64,000 nt of DNA. Source: the human T2T-CHM13v2.0 reference genome, Homo sapiens. The notes below the pieces were generated by a model that was not told the DNA's origin, did no database searches, and was given only the letters and a program-made list of their open reading frames with translations. Shown in pieces: positions 59,480-64,000 of this stretch. A program made the position numbers and the translations under genes. How positions within the stretch are numbered: the first letter of the stretch is position 1; each line of letters begins with the position of its first letter. The DNA lies in assembly GCF_009914755.1 (NCBI RefSeq), contig NC_060938.1. One strand, written 5' to 3'.

Positions 59480-62400
59480 ATGTAGATAAATAGATAATAA
59501 TATATAGATATGGATATAATACAAATACAAGTAGAAAGAAAACTGGTCTGTCTATACTGATATCAAACAAAGTAGGCAGTAATAGAAAGGAAGGGCTAGA
59601 TAAAAGGAGCAATTTGATAATGACTAATGTTGCAATCATCAGAAAGACGTAACTAAAATGAGAAATAGAAAATCTATAAGGCAATATTTTAATTCACTAT
59701 TCTCAGTAACTGATAGATAAATCATACGAAACTGCAAACTGATTATGAAAGTTAATGCAGTGAGCACACTTGACCTAATAGACACATATAAAGCATTGTG
59801 CTAGCACTTACAGAGTAATTTTTTTAAGATATATGGAACAACTTTTAAAATTGACTTTATGCTGGGTGACAAAAACAGTCTCAATAAATTGCAAAAGAAT
59901 GAAATCTCACAGCATGTTTTCTCTGACTGGATAGAAAATCCCATGTATCTGGCAACTGAACAATAAATTATTAAATATCTCTTGGTTGAAGACAAAACCT
60001 TAATGGAAATTTAAAATTTTATTTTACTGAAACAAAATAATAACTAAACACTAAAATTTGTTGGATCCTGCTACACCAGCTTATAAACAGATGTCTGGCT
60101 GTAAATCCATGTGGTAAGAAAGAAAAAATTTCTGAAATGTTAATGTATTATTCATCCATCCCAAGAAAAAACTACAAATTAAACATGAAATTCTTCTAAC
60201 TCACAAGCAATTAGAAAAATGAAGTAATGGAAATAAAAAGTAGAAGACCAGAAGGTAATAAAATAACTAATAATTAGAACAACAGAAAGAAATCAACAAA
60301 ACTAGCAGCTCTTTGTAAAGACTAATAAAATGTATATACCCTTTCTAAGACAAATCAAGAAAGAGAAGACACAAATATCCAATACAAGAGTGAAAGTGAG
60401 AAAGTTCTCTAAATACTAGAGATATTAAAAAAGATCTAACAATCTTAAAAATTTGAAACTTTAGACATTTTATCAAGTTTCTTAAATTATACAACATCAA
60501 AACTGACCTAAAAATAAAAATCCTGAATAGTTCAATATCTAAGAAAAATTGAATTTCTACTTTAAAGGCTCCCCACATAAAAAGAACTTTAGGCCAAAAT
60601 AATATTACCTATTATTTCTAGCAAATATTTAAGGAAGAAAGAATTCCTAAATCATACAGGCCCTTCTAGAGAATAAAAACAGGGAAAAATATCCAAACAC
60701 TTATAAGAGGCCAAAGTAACCTTGATGTCAGAACACAAAGGTATTTAAAAATAAGTAAATTTACATGCCTATCTTGCTCATTAATGTACATGTAATTGTT
60801 CTGAAAATAACATTGGAAAAATCATGCGTATAAATAACTAAAAAGGTAAAAAAATCATGAACAAGTTGGGTTTATTTCAGGAATATGCCAAATTGATTCA
60901 ATATTCAAAAGTCAATTAATATAATTTAGCATATTAGTAACTTAAAGAAGAACATCCAAAAGATTAACCCAGATAACCACTTAATCAAATTAAGCATGCA
61001 CTTTAGATTAAAAGAGAGAACAGTAAACTATATGTAGAAGAAGGTATCTTAAAGTTAACAATAAAAATACTATGGCAATTATAACCCTTTATGGTTAAAT
61101 ATTGAAATATTTTCTTTTGAAATTGGGAATAAGACAAAGATTCCTTCTCTTTAATATTGTACAAGAAGTACTAAGCAGTGGCATAAACAACAAAAATAAA
61201 ATGAATATATTGCTATTGAAAAGAAAAAATATAATTTGCAGACAATATTATTTATACCAAAATAATCCAGTAGAATATAGATAAATTATTGAAATTCCTA
61301 AGTGAGTCTAGCAAATTGGCCAGATACACAATTAATATACAAATATCACAGGTATTTCTACATTTCAGTAATAAACCATTGGAAAATAAAATGTTAAAAT
61401 ATAACATTTAAAATTCTACAAACATAGCATAATAAATTTAGTGAAAAATGTGTAAAGTGTGTATGCACAAAAACATACATTACTGAGATAATAAAATGCA
61501 AGAAACTGGATTTTGTATCTTTATGCTGTAATAAATAATAGTCATATATTTGCATATTTACAATAATGCATCCTGTGTACATATATGTGTATATGTGTGT
61601 CTGTTTTTGTGTATAGCATGGACTAAGTGATAAGTGAAAAGTCAATTAAAATGAATTAGTGAGTACACTACCAGCCCAATACTTATACATACACACCTGG
61701 TTTAGGACAGAGCAGTGGGGGAAAAAAATGGTCTTTTGTTAAATAATCCTGAGTCATTTGTATATTAACATAGAAGAAAATAAATCTTGACCTGTTTTGA
61801 TGATCTCAAGACTACACTCGCAATTCATTTGCTACAAGTACTTCCAGGACTCAAGAGCAATTTATTCACGTAACTATGAGTTATTACAGCAAACAGATAC
61901 AGAGCCAGAAAGAGGATAAAAGAGATGCAGTTGGCCAATTTTCAAGGAGTAAGATGCAGGCTCCCACATTCTTTTTTTTAAACCTTTTTATCTGGGACTG
62001 AATAGAATGCACTTTTCTCTCTGGCTGTGAATTTCAAGGATACATGCAAAGTGTCCCTTACCAGGGAAGGATGCTTGAGTCTCAGCGTTCAGGGTTTTGA
62101 TAGAGGGCTGGACATGTGGGCATACCGTGTTATGTGACCAGCCATGGTTACTGAAACTCAGGAACTCCAAAATGAAACCAGGTGAATATCATTAGTCTTG
62201 ATGTTTGTCAAAGCAATCATGACAAGCTTATTTGCACAGCCTATGACTCAAGGTGTGAAAAATTATCAGCTATTAACATAAATAACCTTCTGAGGTCTGT
62301 ATCCCTGAGGTGAGCAAGAGTCCATCATGGTTCCAGGCAGCTTTGGAAACAGACAGGGACTAAGCAAACAGACATGTGTTAATTATTTCCTTACATGATA

Positions 62401-63450
62401 TCTAACTCCCCTCAAAAATTAGTTGCAGGTAGAGTATATATTTAAATAAAAAAGCAAAGTAACAGAACATATAGAAGATAATAGGTACTATCTTTTTGAA
62501 TTTAGGATAAAAACAAGTTTCCTAAGTGGGAAACTAAGTGTGTAACCATAAAGCAAAAATTGATAAATTATATTTAAATTAACAATTTACGTTCAGCAAA
62601 AAATAGAGTTGACATACGTAAAAGGCAAGACACAGATTAGGAGATGTATTTCTGAGAAGAAAACTGACAGATTTATAACAAGTATGTATAAAGAAATCCT
62701 TCAAATCATTTATAAATCCAGAAGAGAAAATGTGCAAAATACCTGGTCAAGCTTCACAAAGAGAATATTCAAATAATCAATAAACATAAGAAAGTTTGCT
62801 GAACCTCATTAGTTATCAGAGAAATTCAAATTAAAGCACAGTGAGCTATTACTACTTACCCATGAGAATACTAATGTCAACATGGTTAACATTAAGAAAT
62901 ATTTTTGATAATATGGACAAATTCAAATTCTTATGCACTTATTGTAAAAATGGGTTTTGATGCAGCAACTTTGGAAACCCATTTGCCTTTAATGTTATGA
63001 ATATACTTTGGCCCCCAAATTTTATTCCTGATAAAATAACTAACATAATCCAATGCATATATTTACCAAAAAAATACATGCAAAAATGTTCTAGCAGCAT
63101 TATCAATTTAGGCCAAAAACTAGAAAAAAAATTGAAATTCCATCCATAGAATATTGAATAAATCCTTTATGGTTTATGCATGCAATATAATTTTGCACAA
63201 CAGGAAATATATATGAAATTTACCTGCATGCATTAACATGGAAGAATTTCGCAAACATAATGTTAAGAGAAAAACAATAAACATAGACGTATTTTGTGAT
63301 TCACTTTCTATGGAGTTTAAAACAGGCAAAATTATAAATGCAGTGTTTGAAACCTAGTTAGTGGCTACCTTTATGAAGGAGGAAATGATCAGAACTGGAT
63401 GAAGCAAAGGAGTTTCAGAAGGGTTGGCATTACACTATTTCTTTGTTTCG
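59480..63450 (+). mobile_element. Ancient L1ME/L1M5-type ORF2 through 3' UTR, heavily decayed, interrupted by an LTR
   Basis: Collinear ORF2 remnants: tactgatatcaaacaaagtag; cttgacctaatagacac; gggaataagacaaaga (RQG region); tttgcagacaatat (ADD region); atcagagaaattcaaattaaagcaca. Confidence 0.75.
61793..62400 (-). mobile_element. MER21-like ERVL LTR
   Basis: caggactcaagagca..tattcac..ctatgagttattacagcaaacagataca; accagggaag..gcttgagtctcagcgttcagggtttt. Confidence 0.7.
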
Positions 63451-63828
63451 GTTACACTTCATCATAATGACAATTTGGAAATATCAGGAACAATCATATT
63501 AATAAAAATAAAAATTACTATCTTTTATTGGGAACATCACTTACTTTATTTCATTTGATTTTGAAATAGCCCAGGAAAGTAGATTATGTTAGTTACTGTT
63601 CTTTAAATTCAGGAAATATGAAACAAACATGGTAAATTTGACTAAAACTCAAATTCAATATAACTACATGAAGTAGCTTAAAAAACTGAAAGAAAAACTC
63701 AACCAGGCTTTGAAAGGCACACAAATCAGAGTAGCTTTTAGGATCTAGGTTGCAATAATGAATCAACTTGTTCTCCTGAAGGCAATATTGGAAAAAATTA
63801 TCTCAAGTCATTTTCTTCATTTTGTCAT

Positions 63829-64000
63829 TATATTAATGCCCTGTTGCCACTGTGACAAATTGCCACACTCTGAGTGGCTTCAAGCAACACACACATTTAT
63901 TCTCTTAGTTCTGGAGGTGAGAAGTAACAAATAGATCAACAAATCTACATCTTTTTATAGCATCTAGTGGATAATTTGTTTCCTCACCTCTTACTGCTTC
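63829..64000 (-). mobile_element. MLT1(B-D)-type LTR running off the window edge
   Basis: acaaattgccacac..gagtggcttcaagcaaca...tttattctct..gttctggagg. Confidence 0.7.

Overview
AT-rich primate (human-like) nuclear DNA, judged from its AluY/S/J, L1PA/L1M, L2/MIR, MaLR/ERV LTR and MER DNA-transposon content. It reads as intergenic DNA or the deep intron of a large gene. I cannot support any intact protein-coding gene, RNA gene or CRISPR array; the long ORFs come from L1 ORF2, Alus, LTRs or simple repeats. The most informative structures are: (1) a twin-primed L1PA3-like insertion with no loss at the inversion point, plus TSD and priming microhomology (36.4-38.6 kb); (2) a second 5'-inverted L1 joined head-to-head to an older L1 (42.3-46.3 kb); (3) a heavily decayed ERVL/Gypsy-like pol fossil (RT-connection, RNase H, integrase; 18.4-19.7 kb) next to a fold-back break in a MER44; (4) several AT-rich palindromic micro-rearrangements (20.7, 29.1, 46.8 kb); (5) a small unassigned insertion with inverted termini and direct repeats (38.7 kb); (6) two tail-less Alus; (7) weak candidate minus-strand exons in repeat-poor stretches. 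I found no convincing novel biological system. Repeat family names are from memory of consensus sequences, and boundaries of old elements are approximate (tens of bp).
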